Below the pieces are notes generated by a model. That model had not been told where the DNA came from. It searched no databases and saw only the letters and a list, made by a program, of their open reading frames with translations. The position numbers were made by a program, and so were the translations under genes. A stretch of 64,000 nt of DNA from Bdellovibrionales bacterium. GTDB lineage: Bacteria > Bdellovibrionota > Bdellovibrionia > Bdellovibrionales > CAYMLA01. This document shows positions 1 to 9,136 of the stretch, in pieces. The stretch is from positions 1,440,001-1,504,000 of the forward strand of contig OZ244239.1 in assembly GCA_965217115.1 (NCBI GenBank), in the 5' to 3' direction. Positions within the stretch are counted from its first letter, which is position 1. Each line of letters begins with the position of its first letter.

Positions 1-34
1 GAAATATTAAGCATAGATGACCTTGGTGTTTTGT

Positions 35-364
35 TTAGAACATTCCAGGAATGGAGAGCCCACCAGAGGCTTTGTCCATTTCAGAGGAATAGCTGTCTTT
101 GGCTATTTTAATGGCGTCGTTTGTAGCGGTTAGAATAAGGTCTTGTAACATTTCTTTATCTCCAGATTGAAAAATATCGCTGTCAACCTCGATAGAAGTT
201 ATGAAATTATCTCCATTAACTTTGACTTTAAGAGCACCCCCGCCAGAAGAACCGTGAAATTCTTTTTTTGAAAAGTCTTCTTGGAGTTTTTTCATACGGC
301 TCTGTATTTGGTTAGCTTGCTTCATCATCTGTTGCATTCCGCCACTAGGCATACCTTTTTTCAT
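35..364 (-). CDS. ybaB: YbaB/EbfC nucleoid-associated protein
   Basis: MMKQAxxxQ..GxSGGGxVKV..DxEMLQDLI motifs; directly downstream of dnaX. Confidence 0.93.
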   Translation of the reverse strand: MKKGMPSGGMQQMMKQANQIQSRMKKLQEDFSKKEFHGSSGGGALKVKVNGDNFITSIEVDSDIFQSGDKEMLQDLILTATNDAIKIAKDSYSSEMDKASGGLSIPGMF

Positions 365-2034
365 TTTTGATCTCCTTGATTATTCATAGTTTTAATAGAC
401 TGAACTTTAGCATTAAATACCTTTTGCGCTGATTGGACGAGAGGGTGTTTTTCAACTTCTTTATCTAGACGAGAGTTTTCTTTCCCGATTTTTTCTAAAC
501 CAATGTCTTTGGCAGAATTTATGTTTTGCTGTGAGGGCGGATCAATTATTTCAACGTTAAGCGGTTCTTGCCAAATAGAATGGATGTATTTTTTTATATC
601 TTTAAGAAAATCAGGTTTAGAGGCTTGATCTTTCAAAAAAGAAAGTTTTGCAGGGATAGCGAGTTTGATGGTGTCGGCCGTTTTTTCCACAAGAGAGAGA
701 TTCTCAATTTTAGCTCCAAGAACACGGTCCTGATTTTTAACGATTTGCACAAGATCAAACCAGTTATCTTCAGAGCTTTTTTTGGAATCAAAGTGGGTTG
801 TTTTTTTTATAATGGGTTCAGCTTTTTTAGTGAGGGGCTCTTTTTGGGAAGTTATTGGAGAAGTGGGAACTACTGGAGGAGTGGGAGCTATTGGAGAAGT
901 GGGAGCCTGGAGAATTTCTTTTAAGGATTCTATGCGAGGGGCATTGACCATGCGCAGGAGGAGCATTTCAAGAACGATACGTGGATTTTCGGTGTGAATA
1001 ATATCGTTGAGACCCTTGTGGGTCATGTCGAATAGAAAATGGAGATCTTCTTCAGAGGTTTGTACCATTGTTTTTTTGAGATAGGTAACTTCAGAATCAG
1101 GAAGATCAATGATTTGTGAGAGCTGTGAAGAGTGATCTTTTGAGGTTTTTAGTAAAGTTATATGACGAATTTCTTCTAAAAGATCTTGTGAAAAAAGTTT
1201 TGGATCGCATCCTGAGTTAAATATTTTTTTGATGATTTCAATGAGAGACTGTTGGTTACGATTGATAATGCTTTCGAGGGTTTCGAGTAAAATAGTACGA
1301 TCAGTGAGGCCAAGGGCATTGATAACATTTTCTAGAGAGAGAGAACCTTCACAGAAGGTTGTGACCTGATCGAGTAGACTTTGGCTGTCGCGCATGGAGC
1401 CCCCACCTTGGCGGGCGATGGTCCATAGGGCTTCTTTTTCAAACTTAATTTTATCGCGAGAACAAATATGTTCTAGGTGTTCGGCAATGGCTTTTGTGGA
1501 GATACGGCGAAAATCAAAACGTTGCACTCGAGACAGAATTGTTAAAGGAAGTTTTTGAACTTCGGTGGTTGCGAGAATAAAGATAACATGGGCAGGGGGT
1601 TCTTCCAGGGTTTTTAGTAGAGCATTGAAGGCGCTGGTAGAGAGCATGTGAACTTCATCGATAATGTAGATTTTATACTGTCCGCTGGTGGGTCGGTATT
1701 TAACAGTGTCGCGCAGTTCTCGAATGGCATCAACACCGTTGTTGGAGGCTCCGTCAATTTCTATGGTGTCTATGTTTCGTCCTTCTGAAATTTCAACGCA
1801 GACGTCACATTGATTGCAGGGTTCAAAATTTTTCTTACTGGGGCAGCGAAGGCTTTTTGCCAGAATACGGGCGGAAGAAGTTTTACCTGTTCCTCTTGGT
1901 CCGTTGAAGAGAAGTGCGTGGTGGAGGCGATTGTTTTTTAGGGCATTAAGGAGAGTTTGACTAACGTGGTTTTGTCCGATGAGTTGTTGAAAATTTTTAG
2001 GTCGCCATTTGCGAGCGATTACTTGGTAAGACAA
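361..2034 (-). CDS. dnaX: DNA polymerase III subunit gamma/tau
   Basis: SYQVIARKWRP N-terminus, GPRGTGKT, Zn-binding Cys, DEVHML. Start set to TTG 2034 (GGAG 6 nt upstream; ATG 2040 is an alternative). The ORF-track extension runs through the SRP RNA. Confidence 0.96.
   Translation of the reverse strand: MSYQVIARKWRPKNFQQLIGQNHVSQTLLNALKNNRLHHALLFNGPRGTGKTSSARILAKSLRCPSKKNFEPCNQCDVCVEISEGRNIDTIEIDGASNNGVDAIRELRDTVKYRPTSGQYKIYIIDEVHMLSTSAFNALLKTLEEPPAHVIFILATTEVQKLPLTILSRVQRFDFRRISTKAIAEHLEHICSRDKIKFEKEALWTIARQGGGSMRDSQSLLDQVTTFCEGSLSLENVINALGLTDRTILLETLESIINRNQQSLIEIIKKIFNSGCDPKLFSQDLLEEIRHITLLKTSKDHSSQLSQIIDLPDSEVTYLKKTMVQTSEEDLHFLFDMTHKGLNDIIHTENPRIVLEMLLLRMVNAPRIESLKEILQAPTSPIAPTPPVVPTSPITSQKEPLTKKAEPIIKKTTHFDSKKSSEDNWFDLVQIVKNQDRVLGAKIENLSLVEKTADTIKLAIPAKLSFLKDQASKPDFLKDIKKYIHSIWQEPLNVEIIDPPSQQNINSAKDIGLEKIGKENSRLDKEVEKHPLVQSAQKVFNAKVQSIKTMNNQGDQK
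853..906. repeat. 3 x 18-bp in-frame tandem repeat in the dnaX Pro/Thr linker
   Basis: tattggagaagtgggaac / tactggaggagtgggagc / tattggagaagtgggagc. Confidence 0.85.
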
Positions 2035-2080
2035 AAACATCTCCGTTGAATGGGTGTTCTTAAAAGGTAATCCAATAAAT

Positions 2081-2175
2081 GGTCGGGCGATCCGTATCAC
2101 ATGCACCCTTGTTACCGTTGCTTCCTTCCGGACCTGGCGGAGTTCACAAGGGCAGGCATTGTACGGGACCCAACC
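2081..2175 (-). ncRNA. ffs: Small bacterial SRP RNA (4.5S)
   Basis: CAGGTCCGGAAGGAAGCAAC helix-8 motif, complementary ends, typical position upstream of dnaX. Confidence 0.95.
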
Positions 2176-2182
2176 ACAGAGG

Positions 2183-2211
2183 AAAGTAGTTTTTTTAGGC
2201 AGAGAGTTCAA
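2183..2211 (-). promoter_or_regulatory. sigma70-type promoter of ffs
   Basis: TTGAAC-N17-TACTTT, 7 nt before the predicted RNA 5' end. Confidence 0.6.
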
Positions 2212-2255
2212 GAGTCAACGACTTAGCCGCACTGCATTTAAAGACAAAAAACAGG

Positions 2256-3212
2256 TTATAGATTCCAGGAGATTTGTTCCAGAGCCTCGGCTTCTTCGGC
2301 CCAGTGGATGTAGTCCTGAAACTGCGGAAAAAGCTTGGGAAAGGAGGGGTCTTTCCAACGTTTGGCGATCCAGGCGGAGTAGTGAATAATACGTAGGCCT
2401 CGCAGGGGTTCCATGAGTTGCCATTGATCGTCGGGGAAGGAGCGAAGCTGCTCGTAGCCGTTTAAAAAGAGAGCTTTATCTGTAGGGGAAATGCTGTTTT
2501 TTCCACCGAAGAGCATCCATAGATCCTGTGCTTCGGGGCCATTGCAAAAATCGTCAAAATCGACAAAGAAAAAGCCTTTGTCGTTGTGTAGAAGATTCCC
2601 TCGGTGACAGTCTCCGTGAATACGAATAAAGGCAGATGGATTGAGGGATTGGTCGAGGAAGTCGAGAATTTTTTCTCCGGCTTGTTGATAGCGGTGAATA
2701 ACGGAGGGATCGATCCATTGTTCGAGAAGTTCGATGGCGGGCCAACCGTAGTTTTCGGTGGTGAGTTCTGGACGATTGAGTGTTGTTCCTTTAGCTCCGA
2801 TGTTGTGTAAACGAGCTAAGAGACCTCCAACGGAGGTGTAATCTTGACTGAGTAATTCTTGGGGAAGACGTCCGTATATTTTAGGAAAGAGTGAGAAATA
2901 AAGTCCTTCGACTTCTATGCAGGTGCTGTTGCCTTGTAATTTTATGGCTGGAGGGACGGGAATTCCTTCGCTGTGAAGTTCTTCGAGAAAGGCGTGTTCT
3001 TCTAGAATAGCTTTTAGGGACCATCTTTGGGGGCGATAAAATTTGGCGATAAGCTGTGTGTCGTCTCCTGTGTAGGGTTGCTCCAGGGAGATACTAAAAA
3101 CACGGTTTTCATAGGAATTGAGTTGAATGAAAGCCCCTGTCGGTTGATAGCCAGCGTCTTCGACGGCGGAGAGAATAATATCGGGAGAGAGATGATAAAA
3201 AGAATGGGTCAT
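2256..3212 (-). CDS. srkA: Stress response Ser/Thr kinase SrkA/RdoA (APH family)
   Basis: LNSYENRV, KFYRPxRW, IHGDCHxGN, DFDD, AWIAKRWxDPxFP. Confidence 0.92.
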   Translation of the reverse strand: MTHSFYHLSPDIILSAVEDAGYQPTGAFIQLNSYENRVFSISLEQPYTGDDTQLIAKFYRPQRWSLKAILEEHAFLEELHSEGIPVPPAIKLQGNSTCIEVEGLYFSLFPKIYGRLPQELLSQDYTSVGGLLARLHNIGAKGTTLNRPELTTENYGWPAIELLEQWIDPSVIHRYQQAGEKILDFLDQSLNPSAFIRIHGDCHRGNLLHNDKGFFFVDFDDFCNGPEAQDLWMLFGGKNSISPTDKALFLNGYEQLRSFPDDQWQLMEPLRGLRIIHYSAWIAKRWKDPSFPKLFPQFQDYIHWAEEAEALEQISWNL

Positions 3213-3440
3213 GGTGTTGGAATTATAAACGAAATTCCATTGTATGTTTAAAGAAAACAGCAGACATCCAAATGTATTTTGGAGGAATGGCTCTTAAAAC
3301 TGGAGAAATATCAGGAGAGCGATTGAATTTCTAAAGTAAGAAACCCCCATAAGTTATTTATTTTGTTTGAAAAACTGAAAACTCTTTGTAAGGATAAAAG
3401 AAGGCAATGGACGAAAGTCTTGTCTGAGGAGAGGGGTTTT

Positions 3441-4415
3441 ATGGAGACAAGAACAATAGAGACATCAACGGGTGGAGTTCGTGTTTCGACGCTCAATTTA
3501 GAGAGAAAAGAGGCGCCATGTCTTGGGGCATACCTCGATTTCCGTCTTTATCTAAAGGATTTTTATTCCCATAAGAGAAGTCATAATGGGGGAATTCGTC
3601 CCTACTCCTATTCGGTGTTTTCTGCGGCGGCGAACATAAAATCACCAGGTTATTTGAGATTAATTATTGATGGTAAACGCAACTTAAGTGATGGGATGAT
3701 AGAAAAGTTTAGTAGAGGTCTTCGGCTTTCTAAGGAAGAGAGAGAGGAGTTTTTTCTGATGGTTAAGTATGGGCAGAGCTCAGACCCTGCTTTGCGAAAT
3801 ATTTACCTTAAGAAACTATCAGAGTTTCGGGTTCACAATCAGATTAGTCGTGGTCAGATGGATGGAGATGTTTGGGATAAAGTTCCTGGTTGGGTGTCTT
3901 GGGCTCTGTATGCTTTGGTGGATGTGGAAGGAGTTGAGTTTGATATCAAAAAACTACGGAGACGCTTTCAAAACAGGGTGACAGAGTCAGAGATTAGACT
4001 TTCTTTGGAAAAGCTTTTTAGCTCGGGAGATTTGATTTGTGATGAAGTGACAGGAAAAATAAAGCGAGCAGAAAATAAAAAACCAAAATCAATTCCTGTG
4101 GAGTTAGTTAGAAAATTACAAGGGGAGTTGATGTATTTGGGTCTGGAGTCATTGTTCCATGATGATCCTGTGGAGAGAGAGTTTGGAGCTTTGACGTTGG
4201 CTCTGACGGAAAAGGAGTTCAATGAATTAAAATTTCAATTGCGCAAGATGAAGAAAAGCGTGCAGAAAGATAATTTTATTAATCGCATGAATTCCAAAGG
4301 AGAGAAGCTCTATCAGTTGAACCTTCAACTGTACCCGTTAACAACTGGTGTGGAGACAACCGGTGTGGAGACAACCGGTGCGGAGACAATCGGTGCGGAG
4401 ATAACGCGGTCTTAA
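3441..4415 (+). CDS. TIGR02147-family protein (HTH plus DUF4423-like domain)
   Basis: DFRxYLKDFY, SPGYLxLIIDGKRNLS, C-terminal YQLNLQLYPLT; ATG 3441 after GAGGGG. Confidence 0.8.
   Translation: METRTIETSTGGVRVSTLNLERKEAPCLGAYLDFRLYLKDFYSHKRSHNGGIRPYSYSVFSAAANIKSPGYLRLIIDGKRNLSDGMIEKFSRGLRLSKEEREEFFLMVKYGQSSDPALRNIYLKKLSEFRVHNQISRGQMDGDVWDKVPGWVSWALYALVDVEGVEFDIKKLRRRFQNRVTESEIRLSLEKLFSSGDLICDEVTGKIKRAENKKPKSIPVELVRKLQGELMYLGLESLFHDDPVEREFGALTLALTEKEFNELKFQLRKMKKSVQKDNFINRMNSKGEKLYQLNLQLYPLTTGVETTGVETTGAETIGAEITRS
4341..4400 (+). repeat. 4 x 15-bp in-frame tandem repeat (TTGVE/TTGAE tail)
   Basis: acaactggtgtggag, acaaccggtgtggag, acaaccggtgcggag, acaatcggtgcggag. Confidence 0.9.
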
Positions 4416-4618
4416 AGGAATTATATTTAAATAAAGATGCGTAATTAATCGACGTCGATTCTCTGTCATTTTATTTTTAATTTCACCTCTCAGGCATTCT
4501 ACGGGGAGAAGAGGCTCCTAAGCATAAAAAAATTTTATTTATTTTAGACAGAAAATGAGGGCGAGTGACAAGAATCCATGTGCTGCAAGGCGCTATAAAA
4601 CAGCATTTTTCACTTTTT

Positions 4619-4764
4619 TGTGGATAACCTTGTTGATCATGGGGGTAAGTCTTTTGGTTTTTTAAAGAATTTAAGCATTTACTCGTCATCGCCAAAGTTC
4701 AGCACCACGTGTCATAACCTCCGCCCTAGGCTACCCATAAGAAAATGTTATGCACTGTGGATAA
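4619..4764. promoter_or_regulatory. DnaA-box cluster
   Basis: Perfect TGTGGATAA at 4619-4627 and 4756-4764; 2-mismatch boxes at 4631, 4640 and 4748. Confidence 0.6.
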
Positions 4765-4846
4765 GACCATGGAAAGATGATTGTTTAGCAAGGGTTTCTG
4801 TTTTTTGTGTTACAGTTTGGCTTGGTTGTTTTTAATAAAGAGTATT

Positions 4847-5196
4847 GGGGGCGACACGGCTTCGACGTGGATGTAGAAGCTTGAGGAGCATGCCGGGCAT
4901 GGTACGAGGAGCTCGTAAAAACGTACTACTTTGTAAATTGGCGATAATTTCGCTATGGCTGCTTAAATAGCATCCCAGCAAACCTAGGTAAGGTAGCGTC
5001 CTAGGGGAGCTGTCGACTCAGCTACCTCGACATCTTGAGTGTTTTCTCCAGGCTCGGGTGTTTAAATCTTCTGGGGGAGGGCTGTTGAAACTTTGTCTGT
5101 GGAGGTTCAACAGCTTCTCAAAACACAGACTAAGCATGTAGCTGCCTCAATGTGGAATATTTGCGGACGGGGGTTCAATTCCCCCCGCCTCCACCA
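4847..5196 (+). ncRNA. ssrA: tmRNA; tag (A)GDNFAMAA* at 4940-4966
   Basis: 5' GGGGGCGAC..TTCGAC, tag ORF ending AA-stop, 3' T-arm GGTTCAATTCC..CTCCACCA. Confidence 0.97.
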
Positions 5197-5383
5197 ATCT
5201 AACCCCGTTCTGCGGGGTCAAGATCGGGATTTTCCCGACAACCTAGTTTCAAGTTATTTCAATCACTTAAGGGGAGTTCAAAGTTCGGCAGGTCGGACTT
5301 TTCTGTATCAATATCACTGTTCATCACAGTTGTTGTCGTCAATCGTCGTCAAGTTGTAGTCAGTGTGATATTAAGGCTCTGTT

Positions 5384-5872
5384 ATGAACGAAAAACTAAA
5401 AAAAAAACCAGTCAACCAGGAAGTAGTAGTTTTGTACACCTACATTGGTGAAGCTGTTTGCGCAATTCAACACTTAGAAGACCATCTTAGTTGTTCTATT
5501 GTAATGAAGACAATTCCTCAGAATACACCAAAGAAAGAGGCTGATGCTCAATTGGAAAAAAGACGGCGTCTTCCTCTTGGCAGTGCGATTAAAGAGGCTA
5601 AGAAGAAAAAAGTCTTTTCTGATAATATCCAGATTAAGCTTGAAGCCTTTCTTCCTAAAAGAAATTGGCTCATTCATGGAGGTATATCTCGTTATAGAGA
5701 AGAACAGTTTGTTGCTTCAGTTGATAAGAATATTCTCGAAAAAGTAAAGGCGCTTTCAAATGAGGTAAATGAAATTTTCCATTTGCTGGAAACAGACCTC
5801 TTAAGCTATTGCGAGTCAAACGGACGGGATATGTCGAAAGTTCGAGCTGCTATTGAGGTGTTTTACAGTTAG
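5384..5872 (+). CDS. Hypothetical protein, possible HEPN domain
   Basis: 162-aa helical-looking ORF with RNWLIH (R-x4-H). Confidence 0.6.
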   Translation: MNEKLKKKPVNQEVVVLYTYIGEAVCAIQHLEDHLSCSIVMKTIPQNTPKKEADAQLEKRRRLPLGSAIKEAKKKKVFSDNIQIKLEAFLPKRNWLIHGGISRYREEQFVASVDKNILEKVKALSNEVNEIFHLLETDLLSYCESNGRDMSKVRAAIEVFYS

Positions 5873-6114
5873 GAATTAGCTGGTTCTTCCTCTTCTTGTG
5901 TTTCAAGCCTTAAATGGGCATGTCTGATATTAATGTTATGAGCAGCTATTTGTTCACAAGCTTGTTCATAGGTTAGCCCCAAGTGATGTGAGGATACATG
6001 AAGGTGTGGTACATTCAAACCCCTTTGCTCGGTTCCATTCAACTGGTCTTCCCCATACCAAAATATGAACCATTGATTTTCTCTGAGAAAAAGATGGAAT
6101 TGTGTTGTTTTTGC
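5869..6114 (-). pseudogene. Possible 3' remnant of an unknown gene
   Basis: About 81 open codons (AKTTQFHLFLRENQWFIFWYG...EEEEPANS*) with no start at the 5' end. Confidence 0.3.
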
Positions 6115-6244
6115 CTAGACAAAGCAAATTACCTTGGTTTCAATCTGTCGGGGACTTTTTAAATCAGCTTTAATCTTTAAACTATTAAAGAGTTTCCATG
6201 TAAAGGCACGAGAGAGCTTTAATGAAACTTAGTGAGATAGATAA

Positions 6245-6760
6245 ATGAAGAATTACTTAAAAAATTTTTTGGCTTGGTTATGTAGAATTGATCCACAAGG
6301 ATTGGGTACTTTACTCGTCGGAATCGCAGCGATTCTTGCAGCCTGCCAAAGCTCTGGCGTGCTTGATAAAATTCTAAAAATTCAGAAACAGGCACGATCA
6401 ATAGAGGCTGGTGTGGCGGAGCTGAGACATCAGTCTACTCAAATTTCAAATGCCGTAAGCCTGCTAGGCTATCAATTAAAAGAGATTAAAGCACAAAAAA
6501 CCGTCAACGCATCTGAGGCTCTAAAGAAGCTAGATTCATCTAAAAAACAAATTGAAAATGCCATAAGGGCACTTCCGTCACGACCGATTCCTGGTGAGTC
6601 ATTTATTTACCTTCCAGAAAAGCATTTTGGTGCAACTGTTGATTTGATTTATAAGGCGGAAACGTCAAATCAGCGTGTTAACATTCTTCAAAGAGCTTTT
6701 AACTATAGGCCAATATTGGAAGCTGTGGATCTAAAGGTAAAGGCTCAGAAGGCTGAGTAA
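6245..6760 (+). CDS. Hypothetical membrane-anchored coiled-coil protein
   Basis: N-terminal hydrophobic segment followed by a heptad-rich region. Confidence 0.65.
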   Translation: MKNYLKNFLAWLCRIDPQGLGTLLVGIAAILAACQSSGVLDKILKIQKQARSIEAGVAELRHQSTQISNAVSLLGYQLKEIKAQKTVNASEALKKLDSSKKQIENAIRALPSRPIPGESFIYLPEKHFGATVDLIYKAETSNQRVNILQRAFNYRPILEAVDLKVKAQKAE

Positions 6761-7048
6761 TGATGAGGCACCAATTCAACCAAATTTCTCGCCTAATTTA
6801 CTGAGATTACATAGACATTGATGAACCCATTATTTATAGGGAACCTTATCCTCAGCTGGAGGAGAATTTCAGGGCCTACTTTCTTCACCATTTTAAATCA
6901 AATTAATTTTTTGTTTTGTCTCGTCCAATAATCAAGTTCTGATTTTACAAACCTTGCAAAGGGGTCAATTTCCCCTTTTGTTGAAGCGGCCTCTATCGAA
7001 TAAATAAACCATTTGTTAAATGAAGTCTTAATATGCTAAAGTTCCTTT

Positions 7049-7735
7049 ATGCATAGTTTTATTATTGTTCTAGTTCTCTTATCTATTGGAAAAACAGGGT
7101 TTGCCAATGTTGAACGTTGCGATGGAGGGTTAAAGCTCCCTCTCTTGCAAGTGGGAAAAGAGCTTGCGAGTCTCTCGCATAGTCAATGTCGCAATAGGAA
7201 ACGTCACCCATGCCTGAATAGTAAACCTACTTCAGAATGTAAATTTATCACCCAATTATGGAGTAAATTAAAGCCTAAAATTACCACTAAAGCACAGTGT
7301 TCTGCTTTTGATATTCACGGTAACCCCTGTACTGGATCTTGGGAGGCCAGCTTTATGTGCGCATGTTCTAATGAGCGCACCCATATAAACCCTTCTTTTA
7401 AGTTTCTTTGCGTATCCAACAATCAAAATACCATATGTCGACCAAAAAAAAATATGAATATTAAGACTGTCAAAAATAAGGCCCTAAAGATTTTTAAAAA
7501 TTTAGCTTTTTTTTATAGAGCGGGGGAGCTTGAAAGTGTTACGAGCATTGAAAAAGGACGTAATGGATTAAAGGGAAGTGCTGTTACTACCTTATTTTGT
7601 AATATAAAAATGGTAACATTGGCGAGTGGTATTGAAGATTTGGGCTACGAATGCACTGTTGGTTTAGGTAGTGGTCTTAGGATTACTTTTGATGCCAATT
7701 TAAATCCTCTAAAAATCTTATATTTTGAACCCTAG
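7049..7735 (+). CDS. Hypothetical secreted Cys-rich protein
   Basis: Signal peptide ending GFA, many Cys. Confidence 0.65.
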   Translation: MHSFIIVLVLLSIGKTGFANVERCDGGLKLPLLQVGKELASLSHSQCRNRKRHPCLNSKPTSECKFITQLWSKLKPKITTKAQCSAFDIHGNPCTGSWEASFMCACSNERTHINPSFKFLCVSNNQNTICRPKKNMNIKTVKNKALKIFKNLAFFYRAGELESVTSIEKGRNGLKGSAVTTLFCNIKMVTLASGIEDLGYECTVGLGSGLRITFDANLNPLKILYFEP

Positions 7736-7786
7736 ATAAATGATTAATCCTCAGCCGACAAAGCTGAGAGATGGTGAAAAGGTGAT

Positions 7787-7984
7787 CTAGGGGAGCTATC
7801 GACTCAGCTACCTCGACATCTTGAGTGTTTTCTCCAGGCTCGGGTGTTTAAATCTTCTGGGGGAGGGCTGTTGAAACTTTGTCTGTGGAGGTTCAACAGC
7901 TTCTCAAAACACAGACTAAGCATGTAGCTGCCTCAATGTGGAATATTTGCGGACGGGGGTTCAATTCCCCCCGCCTCCACCAAT
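7787..7984 (+). repeat. 198-bp duplicate of the tmRNA 3' half (attR-like)
   Basis: Matches 5001-5198 except one base (g5012/a7798). Confidence 0.97.
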
Positions 7985-8254
7985 TTAGATAACGGACGAA
8001 CCGCCGCCCACAGGGCTTCCACCTTGTGGTCTTATCCGTACAATCAGCAATAGCTTCAAACTTTCTTGATGGCCGTTCTGTAATGAATTCATACATCGTT
8101 TTGTAATAAGTTCATAAGGTTTCCAAAAAAAAACAAAATTATTTTTTTTAAGTTATAATTCAGTTTTTAAGACAAAGAAAAAACGAGCGCAGCTCGAAAT
8201 TAAAGCATTACAAAAGTGAGCGAATAAGTTTGCTTAATGAACAGGAGAATTAAA

Positions 8255-8713
8255 ATGAAAATATCTATTATGGGATTAATATTCCTGGCTTCAGTGGCAT
8301 CTTTTGCTGCCGAATTTGAAAAGTGTCACGTTAGATGTACGGATTCAAGAAAGAACTTTCAGCACATTAATCATGAGTGTAGAGTTATTGGAGAAAATAA
8401 AGGAATAGAGAAAGGATATATTGGCCTGTCTCTAGAAAGAGAAGGCAGAGGGTCACATAATTCTAATTATTATATGACCAAAATTAAGGATAACAATAGA
8501 GAAGCAGTTATGGTAGGAATTAGAATCTTCAATGCAAAAAAAATCTGTTTTAATATGAGAGAAAAGGTAGTCAAGATGTTGGACGATGCAAAAAATAATG
8601 GCATATGCGACAGTATTGTTACCGAAATTGAAGATGTTGCAAATGCCACTTACATTGGAATGTCTGGTGATTTAGACTCCCTGTCTGAGCCATGTATGCA
8701 TTTAGGAAATTAA
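8255..8713 (+). CDS. Hypothetical secreted protein
   Basis: AGGAG RBS; signal peptide MKISIMGLIFLASVASFA. Confidence 0.7.
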   Translation: MKISIMGLIFLASVASFAAEFEKCHVRCTDSRKNFQHINHECRVIGENKGIEKGYIGLSLEREGRGSHNSNYYMTKIKDNNREAVMVGIRIFNAKKICFNMREKVVKMLDDAKNNGICDSIVTEIEDVANATYIGMSGDLDSLSEPCMHLGN

Positions 8714-8736
8714 ACTTCTAAGTGAATGATCAAGCC

Positions 8737-9051
8737 CTAGCTGACACAGGCTGGGAGTTGATTATGAGGTTGTAATGAGGTCACAGTAAAATTAGTTTCT
8801 TGTAGCCCCGCCAGACGATCTAGTTTATAGACAAGAACTACATCTATTTTTCTGGAGCGGACAAGTTTTAATAATTCGTCAAGGGCTGGTCGCCTTGTAT
8901 TTGCTCCACTATATCCATGATCGAGAAACTCCTGTGTGATGAGCCAACTGCGAGCATCACAAAATTTTCTTAGAGCCTCAACTTGCACTTCGGGTTTTTG
9001 ATCATGGTGAATTGTTGAGACACGAGTATAAATGGCAACTCGTTTCTTAAT
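8737..9051 (-). pseudogene. Truncated serine recombinase (resolvase catalytic domain)
   Basis: KRVAIYTRVST..DHGYSG..RRPALDEL..DVVLVYKLDRL, then homology ends; ATT at the expected start. Confidence 0.85.
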
Positions 9052-9136
9052 CTTGTTCCTTTCCTTCTGAAAAACGTTGTTATCTTTTTTAATTAGGCCT
9101 TGCTTTTTATAAAAAAGAAAGCCTAACGTTTTTCCT

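Larger units (their letters stand above)
5199..7786. mobile_element. ssrA-integrated mini genomic island without integrase
   Basis: Flanked by direct repeats 5001-5198 and 7787-7984; orphan cargo. Confidence 0.75.

Noticed and set aside
2035..2211. N-terminal extension of dnaX and ORFs 2054-2389 and 2215-2424
   Set aside because: They overlap the SRP RNA, its promoter and the srkA 3' end
4341..4400. Short tandem repeats (also 853-906 and 45586-45630) as CRISPR
   Set aside because: No spacers, in-frame within CDSs, no cas genes
4416..4846. oriC call for the DnaA-box region
   Set aside because: Only two perfect boxes and no dnaA/dnaN/gidA context; skew cannot be assessed from this window
5093..5359. 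ORFs 5093-5359 and 7893-8096
   Set aside because: Shadow frames of tmRNA and its duplicate
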